A stretch of DNA of 63,472 nt, the filler included. It is 7 parts of 7 records of this genome, joined end to end, with 100 filler letters (N's around TTAATTAATTAA, not from the genome) between each part and the next. Parts side by side here need not be neighbours in the genome. Positions count along the whole stretch, not along the records: positions 20,147 to 33,763 come from DRR723986_5331; 6 more parts are not named here. One strand, written 5' to 3'. Below are positions 20,047-31,700 of this stretch, one piece after another. Numbering within the stretch: position 1 is the first letter of the stretch; every line of letters starts with the position of its first letter. The position numbers were made by a program, and so were the translations under genes. Under the pieces are notes generated by a model. The model did no database searches, had not been told where the DNA came from, and saw nothing but the letters and a program-made list of their open reading frames with translations.

Positions 20047-20146
20047 NNNNNNNNNNNNNNNNNNNNNNNNNNNNNNNNNNNNNNNNNNNNTTAATTAATT
20101 AANNNNNNNNNNNNNNNNNNNNNNNNNNNNNNNNNNNNNNNNNNNN
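20047..20146. other. Artificial contig spacer
   Basis: N44-TTAATTAATTAA-N44; abrupt switch to AT-rich DNA. Confidence 0.99.
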
Positions 20147-20399
20147 TCAATCGTTTATACCCGAATAAGGCGAAAACAAAAATTAAAAAGGCTTCTAGGT
20201 TAATGGCAAACAACCAAATAACTGCAGCATCTACACTTCCCATTCCGTACTTAAAATGAACAATATTAATACTCGCAAAGATGATTAGAATATAAAAGAA
20301 AGGTTTAGAGTTTTGTTTATACTTGAAAACAAGGTAACCCAGAAATGCAAAGGCAATAAAAGGAAAAAGAAAGGCGGTAAAAAAAACGTCTATACCCAC
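20147..20399 (-). CDS. Hypothetical membrane protein, truncated
   Basis: Hydrophobic ORF abutting the upstream gene; cut by spacer. Confidence 0.5.
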
Positions 20400-21328
20400 T
20401 ACTTCTTTTTATATTTTTCTGCCATTTCTTCTCGCCAAGATTTTTTCGTTCCGTCTGCTTTTGGTTTAGGATCGGACTTTTTAGGAATAGTCTTCTTAGC
20501 GGTTACTTCAACTTTTTTAGCAGTTTCCTTAGTTTTATCAGTAATATCAGCAGCTTTATCCTCAGTTTTAGAAACATCTTTTTTAATGTCTTTTTCAACT
20601 TTGGACTCTTCTTTATTATCATCTTCAGATAAAGAAGTGATGTGCTCTTTAGCGGCAATAGTGGCATCTACTTTAGCAGCAACTTCTTCATCTACAATAT
20701 CTACGTGTACTTTTTGATTTCTCGGGTCGCCTACAATTGGGCCATCCGGAGTTACCAAATACTTTTTCCCTTTATGTTTAAAATCTGGCATATAATAAGG
20801 CAGGCCTCTTTTTCTTGCCCACCAAGGAGATTCATATTTAGCATCTGAAATCCCCAAAACAAATAAAATATAGGCCCCATTAAAAAGTACGCACAAAACT
20901 TTATCAAGTGTAGAATGCTTTCCAAACGAATCACACACCTCAGTAAACATGACAATTACAATATAGATAAGCGGCAGCATTGCTGCACCAATAAGCGCAA
21001 ACGGAATTGTAACTTCGGACCATTCGGTTGGTCCAGGTTCTAATTCTCCTCCTTGGCCATGAATCGGAAATAATCCATCAAATAAAGTCCAATCAAAAGC
21101 AACAATACCAGCTATAACAACACCGGGAAGAATCAACCACAAGCAATGTTTTGCCGGGCGTCCTACAACCTTACAAAACACAATAACGTTCCAAACAGGT
21201 ACCAGGGCCGCAACTGCGGGCTGGCCGGCTTTAGCGTATAATGACATTTGTGAAATAAGGGCAATAAAGGCAATGATGATTGCAGCAACCAAAAGACCTG
21301 GTGACAATCCTAACAAAAATTCAATCAT
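20399..21328 (-). CDS. DUF5684-like membrane protein with charged low-complexity C-terminal tail
   Basis: KAGQPAVAALVPVWN...KVVGRP...LILP and SFGK motifs; K/E/D/T-rich tail. Confidence 0.7.
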   Translation of the reverse strand: MIEFLLGLSPGLLVAAIIIAFIALISQMSLYAKAGQPAVAALVPVWNVIVFCKVVGRPAKHCLWLILPGVVIAGIVAFDWTLFDGLFPIHGQGGELEPGPTEWSEVTIPFALIGAAMLPLIYIVIVMFTEVCDSFGKHSTLDKVLCVLFNGAYILFVLGISDAKYESPWWARKRGLPYYMPDFKHKGKKYLVTPDGPIVGDPRNQKVHVDIVDEEVAAKVDATIAAKEHITSLSEDDNKEESKVEKDIKKDVSKTEDKAADITDKTKETAKKVEVTAKKTIPKKSDPKPKADGTKKSWREEMAEKYKKK

Positions 21329-21507
21329 AGCGAGAGGTATATTTCACATCCAAAATACTGAAAAAAAATGAATTAAACCATTTCGCAAAGCATACGAAGA
21401 CAATTTAGCAGGCATTTATAGCTGCTATATTTTATGCTGACTAAAATTTATTAACTTTAAATAAAACATAAAAAACAGCCGTAAATCGCGGCATAAAATC
21501 AAATGTA

Positions 21508-22437
21508 ATGAATGACGATAGTGAATTAATAATGTATGGGATTTTAGGGGTAGTTGTGCTGCTACTCATTATTAAATCCATCATCTTAGTTGATGAAAAG
21601 ACGGTCTATGTAATCCAACGATTAGGGAAATTTTCTAAAATGGCATCTGCCGGTTTAGGATTTATCATTCCTTTTATTGATCGCAAGGCTGGGGTAATCA
21701 ATTTAAGGGTTCAGCAATTAGATGTTGATGTAGAAACAAAAACACATGATGATGTATTCGTTCATGTTAGGGTATCAGTTCAGTTTCAAGTAATGTCTGA
21801 TAAATTGCATGAATCATTTTATAGTTTAGATAATCCAAGACATCAAATTTCATCATACGTTTTTGATGATGTAAGAGCCGAAGTTCCAAAAATGGAATTG
21901 GATGATGTTTTCGCTAAGAAAGAAGAAATCGCGGTTGCGGTTAGAAATAACTTAGCCGATTCAATGGACGACTATGGCTATAAAATTGTGAAGGCCTTAA
22001 TCACCGATATTGACCCGGATGCTCACGTTAAAGAATCAATGAATAGAATTAACGCGGCAAAAAGAGACAAAGAGGCGACAATGGAAGAAGCTGAAGCTGG
22101 TAAAATTAGAGTGGTAAAAGCCGCTGAGGCTGACGCAGAATCCAAGAGATTATCAGGTGAAGGTATCGCACAACAACGTCTTGAAATAGTTCGTGGATTT
22201 AAGGAATCTGTTGAGGATTTCCAAAAATCATTAAAGAACATTACACACGAAGAAGTGATGCAATTTGTATTATTAACTCAGTATTTTGATACCTTGAATA
22301 ACATTGGGGCGAACGGCAAAAACACAACCATGTTGATGCCTCATTCGCCAGGAGCCATGCAAGATTTCCAACAACAAATTGTTGCTGGAACTGCTTTCGG
22401 TCAAAAAATGAGTGAAGATATGGAAGGAGATGACTAA
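21508..22437 (+). CDS. SPFH/band 7 domain protein
   Basis: N-terminal TM; RLGKF, ETKTHDDVFV, FDDVRAEVPKMELDDVF, ITDIDPD, QYFDTL. Confidence 0.93.
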   Translation: MNDDSELIMYGILGVVVLLLIIKSIILVDEKTVYVIQRLGKFSKMASAGLGFIIPFIDRKAGVINLRVQQLDVDVETKTHDDVFVHVRVSVQFQVMSDKLHESFYSLDNPRHQISSYVFDDVRAEVPKMELDDVFAKKEEIAVAVRNNLADSMDDYGYKIVKALITDIDPDAHVKESMNRINAAKRDKEATMEEAEAGKIRVVKAAEADAESKRLSGEGIAQQRLEIVRGFKESVEDFQKSLKNITHEEVMQFVLLTQYFDTLNNIGANGKNTTMLMPHSPGAMQDFQQQIVAGTAFGQKMSEDMEGDD

Positions 22438-22857
22438 ATGTTAAGAACGGCTGTTTTAATAATTATCACTTTAACAGTTGTTTACATTGGGTTGGAAATC
22501 TCCAGCTATGTATTTGAAATTCCCCGTTCTGAGATCTTATCTTGGACGGGGATTATTTTTGTCGCCTATTTAATTGAAAAAGGGTTGAAATACTTTTTGT
22601 TGCTCCCTTTTAAAATGTATCTAGGTGATGTGAGACGCCATCCCTTAGGTAGGATGACGCAAGAAATGGGATTCAGCCTGGCCTATATTTCTGTTTGGTT
22701 AGCCGTGGGCTTTACGCCAATTAACGGATTTGTTCAAGGAAATCAACCCGAACATTTGATTAGCTACCCGATATTCCTTAAAATTGCGCTCGTATTAATT
22801 TGCGCGACTATCTTATTTTCAATTCTATGGTGGATTTCTCTCAAAGTAAAAAAGTAA
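22438..22857 (+). CDS. Hypothetical membrane protein
   Basis: 139 aa with four hydrophobic stretches; abuts the SPFH gene. Confidence 0.65.
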   Translation: MLRTAVLIIITLTVVYIGLEISSYVFEIPRSEILSWTGIIFVAYLIEKGLKYFLLLPFKMYLGDVRRHPLGRMTQEMGFSLAYISVWLAVGFTPINGFVQGNQPEHLISYPIFLKIALVLICATILFSILWWISLKVKK

Positions 22858-23870
22858 TACTTTCAATCATCTTGATGATGACGGGATTTGCTTTTGGACA
22901 AAATCCACAAGAAAGTAAGTCAGGCATTCGGGTGATGTTTTATAATGTTGAGAATTTATTTCATCCTTCAAATGACAGCCTTAAAAATGATGATGAGTTC
23001 ACTGAAAAAGGAACCCGATTTTGGTCATTCAATCGTTATTTTGATAAAATCAACAAAGTCGGTAAAACAGCCATAGCTGTTGGCGAATGGGAACCTCCCG
23101 CAGTAATCGGTTTGTGTGAAATTGAAGACATTCAATGCTTAAAGGATTTGGTCTATTCATCTCCTCTAAAAAAGTTTGGATATGAAATTGTACATCAAGA
23201 AAGTGGTGACAATAGAGGAATTGATGTGGCTTTGCTGTATCGTCCGAAACATTTTAAACTGGTAAGTTATCATGCTCACGTTTTAAATTTTGGTCCTGAT
23301 AGTCGTCCAACCAGAGACATTTTATACGTAAAAGGAACGGTAGGGAAAGATACCCTTCATTTGTTTGTGAATCATTGGCCATCTAGATACGGCGGTCAAT
23401 TGGTTACTGCCCCTAAAAGGGATTTTGCGGCATCAGTTTTAAGAGCCCAATACGATTCTATATTGGCAATTGTTCCGAATGCGGCTATTCTTGCCATGGG
23501 TGATTTTAACGATCATCCAGATGACCCTTCAATGGAAGAGATTATGCGTGCACGAAAGTCGGTTGAAGACATGGAAGAAGGTGATTTTTTAAATATGCTC
23601 TGGCAATATGAATTCAAAAAAGGCACACACAAGTATGATCATGAATGGGGAATTTTAGATCAATTCGTAATAACTCCAGGATTGATTTCGGGTAAATCTG
23701 GCCTGATTACGAGTTTAGAAAAAGCTCAAATTTTTGATGCTGACTATCTGTTAGAAGAAGAAAAGGACGGTATTGGAAAAACTACGAATAGGACCTATAT
23801 CGGATTCAAATATCATGGAGGCTACTCAGATCACCTACCCATTTTCGTGGACATTAAGATTAAGAATTAA
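22827..23870 (+). CDS. Endonuclease/exonuclease/phosphatase family protein (secreted; start uncertain)
   Basis: FYNVENLF, GLCEIE, RGIDVALLY, NHWPSR, MGDFND, GYSDHLP. Confidence 0.92.
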   Translation: MVDFSQSKKVILSIILMMTGFAFGQNPQESKSGIRVMFYNVENLFHPSNDSLKNDDEFTEKGTRFWSFNRYFDKINKVGKTAIAVGEWEPPAVIGLCEIEDIQCLKDLVYSSPLKKFGYEIVHQESGDNRGIDVALLYRPKHFKLVSYHAHVLNFGPDSRPTRDILYVKGTVGKDTLHLFVNHWPSRYGGQLVTAPKRDFAASVLRAQYDSILAIVPNAAILAMGDFNDHPDDPSMEEIMRARKSVEDMEEGDFLNMLWQYEFKKGTHKYDHEWGILDQFVITPGLISGKSGLITSLEKAQIFDADYLLEEEKDGIGKTTNRTYIGFKYHGGYSDHLPIFVDIKIKN

Positions 23871-24483
23871 AAAACAATATTGTTAAGGCAGAAATCAAGT
23901 ATTGGACACCAATTGCAATTACGATAAAACCGATAATTCTAGATAAAGCATTAATTCCAGAAGCTCCTAAAGTTTTCACAATAACATCTCCGCTTAATAG
24001 GATGATAAAAATGCTTAAACTCACTGTAAAAATTGCAGCAATGATTAAAAGCTGACTGGTTAATTCAGCATATTCTTGCTGATATGAAATCAACAAACTA
24101 ATTGTTCCAGGCCCTGCCAACATGGGAATAGCCAACGGTGTTAGAGAAACTTCTGAACGATTAAACGCATCATCTTTTTCCCGTTTTTTCATCCCTTTAT
24201 GTTCGGTAAAATTCCCTGACAATAAAGCGAATCCAGAACTTGCAATGATGAGTCCCCCTGCAATTTGAAGGGCTTCTAAACTAATTCCAAAAAACAGTAA
24301 AATGTACTGCCCTAAGTAAAATGAAATGAGCAATATGGCTAAAACGTAAAAAGCAGTTGCAATTGACACTGACCGCTTTTCTTTTCTGGTATTTTCGGTG
24401 GTAAGCCCCACAAAAATTGGCACTGTACCCAAAGGATTAATAACTGAAAACAATGCAGTAAAACTTAAGAAAAATATTTCCAT
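23860..24483 (-). CDS. MarC family membrane protein
   Basis: LFSVINPLG, PLAIPMLAGPGTI, SRIIGF. Confidence 0.92.
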   Translation of the reverse strand: MEIFFLSFTALFSVINPLGTVPIFVGLTTENTRKEKRSVSIATAFYVLAILLISFYLGQYILLFFGISLEALQIAGGLIIASSGFALLSGNFTEHKGMKKREKDDAFNRSEVSLTPLAIPMLAGPGTISLLISYQQEYAELTSQLLIIAAIFTVSLSIFIILLSGDVIVKTLGASGINALSRIIGFIVIAIGVQYLISALTILFFNS

Positions 24484-24548
24484 TTTTTCTGCAAAGTTGC
24501 TTGCATTTAGTCTAACAGCAGGTTATCAAAGATTTAAGATTGTATGAA

Positions 24549-25481
24549 TTAAATGCTAAGTAATTTCCCTTCTCTGTTCACCTTAATCACCTTATCTATA
24601 TCCAACATTTTTCGATACTTTGTAGCAATTGCAAAAATGTAATTGCCGTCAATCACTTCAATATCACTGTATCTGCATTTTAAAATCATCCGGTTATCTG
24701 TGTACAGGCCAAAATTCCCGAAAGCTTCTACTTTTATGGTGTTGGGGTCTCCTGTCGGAAAATATAAATCTTCATAAATGGGTTTAATCAAAAAGAATTT
24801 TCCATTTCTTTTCTCCCTGATGTAGCCTATTTTCTGACCGTATTTAAGGATATATCCTTCACAAACAGTTGATTGGTAAATGTCATCTACAGCCGTGGCA
24901 TTAAATGAAAATAACAGTCCGTTTTTTTCGCTCCAAAGCGCATTATTTCTTCCAATCCCCATGTAAACAAGGGCACCTGTAGATTCGCAACCGTCATGCA
25001 TTTGAAGGCGATCGTATTTTGCAGGTACCATTTCTTTTTTCTTGACCCAATTGTAAAATCCCATTTTGCCATTTTTTGAAACTAACAACACATCTCTATC
25101 AGGAGTATCTGTATGTTCTTCTGATAATTCAACCCGGTCGTAATTCCCTTCTTGCATAAAATAATGAGATCCGTCTTCTGAAATTAGATCCATAGTATTG
25201 TCAGCCGTTATACCTACAATTAGCAATTCTGAACTTAAGTGAAATAAGAATTTTTTATATGCTTTTTTGTGATGCTCTTTATTTTCACTGAGGATATGGA
25301 GATACTTGCCTTTGCGGCCGTAGATAAAATAATCTTTGAATATTATTTCGTTATAATCTGCGTTATAGATAGTCTCCCCTTCAAATTCGAGTCCAAATAA
25401 CTCTCCTGATTGGAAGATGTTTTGACCAGTACCGCAGTTTGGTAAGAAGACGAAAATCAGATAAACAAAACGCAAATTCAT
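24549..25481 (-). CDS. Secreted WG (KWG) repeat-like protein
   Basis: Repeats such as KNGKMGFYN...VPAKYD, KIGYI...IKPIYE, NFGLY...LKCRYS. Confidence 0.65.
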   Translation of the reverse strand: MNLRFVYLIFVFLPNCGTGQNIFQSGELFGLEFEGETIYNADYNEIIFKDYFIYGRKGKYLHILSENKEHHKKAYKKFLFHLSSELLIVGITADNTMDLISEDGSHYFMQEGNYDRVELSEEHTDTPDRDVLLVSKNGKMGFYNWVKKKEMVPAKYDRLQMHDGCESTGALVYMGIGRNNALWSEKNGLLFSFNATAVDDIYQSTVCEGYILKYGQKIGYIREKRNGKFFLIKPIYEDLYFPTGDPNTIKVEAFGNFGLYTDNRMILKCRYSDIEVIDGNYIFAIATKYRKMLDIDKVIKVNREGKLLSI

Positions 25482-25518
25482 GGGATTTTATCCTCCACAA
25501 GAACTATGCCGAATAATT

Positions 25519-26448
25519 CTATTTGTTGCTAATTTTTCCTTCAGGGCTCAAGTAGAATTCTTTACCTTTTTTATCGATTAATATTGCCAAATAACCTCTT
25601 TGATCACTTATCAATATCTCAGTATAAATTGGTTCTACCATCAAATTGCCTTCAAAATAAAGACCTTTGCCTTTTTTACCTTTTACAACGATAATATCAG
25701 ATTTACCGGGATCAATTGCAGTAAGACTTTCATACTCCATAGGGATAAACCATTTTTTATTGGCTTCATAATAACCGTTTAAGCCTTTTTCGTTAATGAT
25801 TACATAACACTTTTCGATATCATCAAACTGTTCCAAATACATTATTTCTTCCTCTACAGAAATCGTAAACTTAAGATTCCCCAAGGTATCATACAATGAG
25901 TTTTTTCCTTCAAAATAGGTGAGATACGGAACATCACCAATATCTGTTTGAGTCATCTTGATAGAGCTGTACTTTGCTTTAAACAATTCCTTTTTGGTAT
26001 CCGCATTTATTGCTCCGATCAGTTTATCTTTTTGCGTGAAAATTAAATTATTTGGAGCATCAGCCAAATCGTAATCAATAATTTCATTTGCTTGAACCCC
26101 TCTAATTAAGAAGTCGTTTAAGCCCATATCTATCACATCTATATAGCCGTCTCTTGAACAGAAAATATATCTATCTACAAAAGGGTAAGAGATGATTTGT
26201 TCATATCGCTGCTGATTGACCAATTTGTTAGATGTCAAAGGATACCATTCCTTATTCTTCAATCCTTTGAAAAAGCTCACCTCAGACAAATCTATCCTGA
26301 TGATTTCTTCAAATTCAGCCCGAAAAATAACCGAGTCTTCACCTCCATTTTTACTTATCCCCCATTTTCCATCCTTTTGGAATTTTTCTTGGCTTTGGGC
26401 AATACCTCCTAAAAATAATGCAAGGCAAACTATAACTACTTTATTCAT
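25519..26448 (-). CDS. Secreted WG (KWG) repeat-like protein
   Basis: Signal peptide; KDGKWGI...FRAEFE, LIGAIN...FKAKYS, NGYY...IPMEYE, KGLY...VEPIYT. Confidence 0.65.
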   Translation of the reverse strand: MNKVVIVCLALFLGGIAQSQEKFQKDGKWGISKNGGEDSVIFRAEFEEIIRIDLSEVSFFKGLKNKEWYPLTSNKLVNQQRYEQIISYPFVDRYIFCSRDGYIDVIDMGLNDFLIRGVQANEIIDYDLADAPNNLIFTQKDKLIGAINADTKKELFKAKYSSIKMTQTDIGDVPYLTYFEGKNSLYDTLGNLKFTISVEEEIMYLEQFDDIEKCYVIINEKGLNGYYEANKKWFIPMEYESLTAIDPGKSDIIVVKGKKGKGLYFEGNLMVEPIYTEILISDQRGYLAILIDKKGKEFYLSPEGKISNK

Positions 26449-26465
26449 TTCAAATTGTTTTTAGC

Positions 26466-26492
26466 AAAAAAAAGGCCCTTAAAAAGGGCCTC
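26466..26492 (-). terminator. Intrinsic terminator
   Basis: Minus strand AGGCCCTT-TTT-AAGGGCCT followed by a T run. Confidence 0.7.
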
Positions 26493-26511
26493 TCAAATAG
26501 TATTTAATCGA

Positions 26512-26931
26512 TTACATATCCCCTGGTCCACCAACGGTTTTGTAAGCTTTTTTCTTTGGTTTCAATTTCTCAACAAAAATCACATAGAAATGTTGACCTT
26601 GTTCATTAACCATTTCTTCAGAGATACCATCAACAATTCCTGCTGGTTTACCCTGTGTATTGGTTATTTTCATATCCATCAACTCGTAAGTTCCGTCTTC
26701 GAATTGTAAAAATATAGAAACGATTTTTCCGTTCTCTACTCTAGTTTTACCCGCAGCGCAATAAGAATCCTCTCCATCAACAAAATGGACATAAACTTTT
26801 CTATGCATATCGTCAGATACAGAATAAGCCCCTCTCTTCTTAAATGCTTCTTGCCATGCAGGCAAACATCCTTGAGAATAAGCTCCCGAAACAAGTACGG
26901 AGAAAAATAAAAGTAAAAGTGTCTTTTTCAT
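26512..26931 (-). CDS. Hypothetical secreted protein
   Basis: MKKTLLLLFFSVLVSGAYSQ signal peptide; followed by terminator. Confidence 0.75.
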   Translation of the reverse strand: MKKTLLLLFFSVLVSGAYSQGCLPAWQEAFKKRGAYSVSDDMHRKVYVHFVDGEDSYCAAGKTRVENGKIVSIFLQFEDGTYELMDMKITNTQGKPAGIVDGISEEMVNEQGQHFYVIFVEKLKPKKKAYKTVGGPGDM

Positions 26932-27053
26932 ATTAATAGTTTTTGGTACTCACAGTCCCCTGTAAATTGACCTCTCAAATATAATAGAAGTTTATTACAT
27001 TCAGAGATTATGTGGCGTACATTTTTGTTACATTTGATAAAATCTTGATATTA

Positions 27054-27629
27054 ATGAGTACTAAACAAATAGCAGGCCATTTTTTAGAAGCGCACAAAGT
27101 ATTGACCGAATTCATTGAGGATGAGGCTAATTTTGAGAAGATAAAAACAGCCGGTGATCAGATCATTTTATCCATTAAAAAAGGTGGAAAAGTTATTTCA
27201 TGTGGAAATGGTGGATCAATGAGTGACGCTATGCATTTTGCAGAAGAAATGACAGGGCGATTCAGAGAAAACAGAGGGCCAATCCCTGCCGTTGCTATAT
27301 CTGATCCTGCTCATATCACTTGTATTTCAAACGATTACGGGTACGAGTTTATTTTCTCAAGATTTGTAGAAAGCATTGGTCGAGAAGGAGATGTTCTGCT
27401 GGCCATCTCAACATCAGGAAATTCTCAAAATGTAATCAATGCTGTAAATGCAGCAAAAGAAAAGGGGATGTTCGTCATAGGACTTACTGGAAAAACAGGA
27501 GGAAAAATGGCAGATTTAGTTGACTTGGAAATAAGAACACCTATGAGTGACTGGGCAGATAGAGTTCAGGAAATACATATCAAAATCATCCATTCATTGA
27601 TTCATTATATTGAATCAAATATCGCTTAA
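27054..27629 (+). CDS. gmhA: D-sedoheptulose 7-phosphate isomerase
   Basis: [43 protein letters not shown]. Confidence 0.95.
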   Translation: MSTKQIAGHFLEAHKVLTEFIEDEANFEKIKTAGDQIILSIKKGGKVISCGNGGSMSDAMHFAEEMTGRFRENRGPIPAVAISDPAHITCISNDYGYEFIFSRFVESIGREGDVLLAISTSGNSQNVINAVNAAKEKGMFVIGLTGKTGGKMADLVDLEIRTPMSDWADRVQEIHIKIIHSLIHYIESNIA

Positions 27630-27645
27630 GTTTTTATTGAAGCTC

Positions 27646-28623
27646 TTAGAATTTAAAAAACCAAGAGCACATAGGAACAGGGAAAGAGAACGTGTTTCCC
27701 GTTGCGAAATTACTATAAATAACTCCGGCCAAAGCAACCTGAAATGCTCTTCTATCTGAACTTTGAAAGCGCATACCTGGCATCAAAAACATGCCCATTT
27801 CTAATCCCTTAGATGTTACAATTGTTGGCTCGTCATAACCTGTTGTTGGATTATAAATCCATTCCGTTGTAGTATTTGTCCTACTTCGAATTCCAATCAT
27901 AGAGTCAAAAATAAAGCTTGCTTTTTCACCAATAGGGGCAATACCTGCAACAGACGAAACAGATGCTGCTGTAAAACCATTATTTCCAGTAAAATCGATA
28001 TAGCCTAAACCGGTAGATAAAGTAAAATTCTTCCCTCTCTCCCCATAGGTAAAAGAGCCCCAGTGTAATCCTCCGTAACCTCTGGCATTAAATAAATAGC
28101 CTGAGCTCATCATAATGGTACCTAGGGAGAAATTAATTTTATCATTTTTGGTAGGTATTGCTAGTTTCATTGCTAGTGCTATTGGAGATGCTATCCATGA
28201 CGCCATTACACCAATGGAGAAATTATTGGCGACTGAAAAGTGAACTTCAGGACCATATAGATGAATCATTGCATAATCTTCTCCTTTAATGATGGGGAGT
28301 GCATTGTTCGTAAAATAGTAGCGCGTTGTAAAAGGACCCGCTTCTCTGAAACTTCCATCAATTAAAGCCTCCTCTTCACTAACGGGTTTCATTGACTTAA
28401 TATCCGCTTTCGGAATAAAGATTTTACCTAAAGTCTCAGTATTGATTAACACCTCTCGTCCATCATCAGAAATAATGGTTCCGATATAGGTATTTCCATC
28501 ATGTTTGACAATTTTAAATATCTGAGTAGAAGTTGATGCACTGTCAGATGGAGTTTGAGCTGATGTTTCTAGAGAAACCACAGCAACTAGAATAACTAAT
28601 AAAAGGGCTTTAATCAATCTCAT
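27646..28623 (-). CDS. Hypothetical secreted/outer-membrane protein
   Basis: Signal peptide; amphipathic beta-strand pattern; C-terminal WFFKF. Confidence 0.65.
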   Translation of the reverse strand: MRLIKALLLVILVAVVSLETSAQTPSDSASTSTQIFKIVKHDGNTYIGTIISDDGREVLINTETLGKIFIPKADIKSMKPVSEEEALIDGSFREAGPFTTRYYFTNNALPIIKGEDYAMIHLYGPEVHFSVANNFSIGVMASWIASPIALAMKLAIPTKNDKINFSLGTIMMSSGYLFNARGYGGLHWGSFTYGERGKNFTLSTGLGYIDFTGNNGFTAASVSSVAGIAPIGEKASFIFDSMIGIRSRTNTTTEWIYNPTTGYDEPTIVTSKGLEMGMFLMPGMRFQSSDRRAFQVALAGVIYSNFATGNTFSFPVPMCSWFFKF

Positions 28624-28774
28624 GATCTTTTTTTAATAAATATAAACAAATTGAACTAAAACCATTCACTTATCCCAAAGAATACCAGTTTATTGTTCCC
28701 TAATTACCACTTAAAACAAGTTCATTTAGAGGCGACATAATTTTTTTTACTTTTATCCTCTCAAAAGCTATCCC

Positions 28775-31700
28775 ATGAAACATATTTTCCTGTTATTATT
28801 TGCGGCTTGTTTAACTTCTAATGCATTGGCTCAGGATCAAGCATCTTATCAAGCCATCACCGAAGGATTAGAATGGCGTTGTATCGGTCCGTTTAGAGGA
28901 GGAAGATCAGCTGCGGTGACAGGTGTAAAAGACAAACCCATGTTATATTACATGGGGACGACAGGCGGTGGAATCTGGAAAACTAAAAATGGCGGTACCA
29001 CTTGGGAAAACATTTCTGATGGATATTTTGGAGGGTCGATTGGCGCAATTGCGGTCAGTGAATCGGATAACAACGTACTTTACTCTGGAGGTGGTGAAGT
29101 CACTGTAAGAGGAAACGTAAGTTATGGGTACGGCGTTCATAAATCTGTAGATGGCGGAAGATCGTGGAAACACGTAGGCTTAGAAAACTCCAGGCATATC
29201 CCTAGAATAAGAATTCATCCCAAAAATCCTGATGTGATTTATGCGGCGGTTTTAGGCGATTTATACCAATCATCTGAAGATAGGGGTGTCTACAAATCAA
29301 CAAATGGAGGAGATTCATGGGAAAGGGTGCTTTTTGCCAATGCTGATGCTGGAGCTGTCGACTTAATTATGGATCCAGAAAATCCTGACATTTTATATGC
29401 AAGTACGTGGAATGTAAGAAGAAGCCCCTATGATTTTTCAAGTGGTGGTGAAGGATCTGCACTTTGGAAAACAAATGACGGAGGAAAAACATGGAAAGAA
29501 ATATCTAAAAATGAAGGTTTCCCTGAGGGGACATTAGGTATCATTGGGGTGACTGTATCACCAGTTAATCCTGAACGAGTTTGGACTATAGTTGAAGCTA
29601 ATGACGGTGGGGTTTATCGCTCAGATGATGGAGGAGAAACTTGGACAAACACGAATTCAGATAGATCTCTAAGGCAACGTGCGTGGTATTATTCAAGAAT
29701 ATACGCAGATACACAAGACGAGAATAAAGTTTATGTCATGAATGTGGCTTATCACGTATCTAAAGACGGAGGTAAAACATTTAGCGAGCATTATGCTCCT
29801 CATGGGGATCATCATGATTTATGGATAGCCCCAGAAGATCCTGACAGATTGATTATTGCGGATGATGGTGGTGCCCAAATTTCATTTGATGGAGGAAGTA
29901 ATTGGACGACTTATAAAAACCAACCAACAGCTCAATTTTACAGAGTAACTACCGACAATTCTTTTCCCTACAGAATTTATGGTGCTCAACAAGATAATTC
30001 AACAGTAAGAATAAGAAGTCGCGTTGATCGTGGTTTTATAGATGAGGACGATTGGGAAAGTACTGCAGGTGGAGAAAGCGCACATATTGCTATTGACCCT
30101 GAAAATAATGATATCGTTTACGGCGGAAGTTATGGTGGCTTTTTAACCCGACAAAATCATCAAAAAAACTCTAATCGTTCCATCAATGTATGGCCTGATA
30201 ACCCAATAGGATATGGAGCTGAAGGAATGAAATATCGATTTCAATGGAATTTCCCAGTTTTCTTTTCGCCTCATGATCCACAAAAATTATATACCGCATC
30301 AAACCATTTACATGTTTCAAAAAATGGCGGTGAAAGTTGGGAAGTGATTAGCCCTGATTTAACCAGAAATGACAGTACTAAATTAGGACCTTCCGGAGGA
30401 CCAATTACAAAAGACAATACTGGAGTTGAATACTATTGTACCATTTTCGCGGCAGCTGAATCTCCTTATGAGAAAGATTTATTGTGGACAGGGTCAGATG
30501 ACGGATTGATTCATAGGTCTACTGATGGCGGAGCTGGATGGGTAAATGTTACACCTCAAGATTTACCAGAATGGAGCATGATAAATAGCATTGAAGTTGA
30601 TCCTTTCAATAAAGGCGGGTTATTTGTTGCTGCTACATCTTATAAGTTGGGTGATTATCAACCGTATCTCTATCACACAAAGGATTATGGTAAAACCTGG
30701 GATAAAATTGTGAACGGAATTGACCCTACCCACTTCACTAGAGTCATTAGAGCAGATCCAGAAAAAGAGGGTTTATTGTATTGCGGAACTGAAAGCGGCT
30801 TGTATATTTCTTTTGATAACGGTTTAAACTGGGAGACTTTTCAAGAAAATTTACCCATTGTTCCAATTACCGATATGGCTATCAAAGAGCGTAGCTTAAT
30901 CGTAGCAACTCAGGGTAGAAGTTTTTGGGTTTTAGACGATCTTCAATTAATTCATGAATACTTAGAAAAATCACCGTGGCATTTAGAATTGTTTAAACCT
31001 GCTGACAGCTATCAAATGGGTGGAAATTCTAAAACATCCCCAACAGCAGGAACAAATCATAGCGGAGGGGTTCGAATTCATTACTATTTAGAAAAAGAAT
31101 TAGAAGAATCTGACACTTTTGCATTGCGTTTTTATAAGGGGGAAGAATTAATCCGTAGTTTCTCAAATCATCCTAAAAAAGATGAGGGAACGTTGAAAGA
31201 CCCAAAAATTGGAACAAACCTATTTGTTTGGGACATGCGCTATCCGAAAGCTGACAAATTTGATGGAATGTTAATGTGGTGGGGAACTTTGAATGGTCCT
31301 CAAGCGCCTCCAGGAGAATATCAAGCATCAATTTATATGAATGGTAAGGCTTATGGTTTAGGACAAAAATTTAAAATTTTAATGGACCCTCGAAGTGAAG
31401 GATCCGCAGAAGATTTACAAATGAAATTTGAATTTCTGTTAGATATAAGGAACACTTTAGACGCCACGCACGAGGCAATTACTAATATGAGACTCATCAA
31501 ATCTCAAATTGCCGAATTGCAAAAATTAATGGATCCGAATAAACAGAAAGACCTGATTTCAAAGGGTGATGAAATCATTCAATCTTTATCAGATATTGAA
31601 GGAAAACTCTATCAGACCAAATTAAAAAGCAATCAGGATATGTTGAATTTCCCAATCATGTTGAACAATAAATTAGCGCATGTGGCTTCATTGGCATCAA

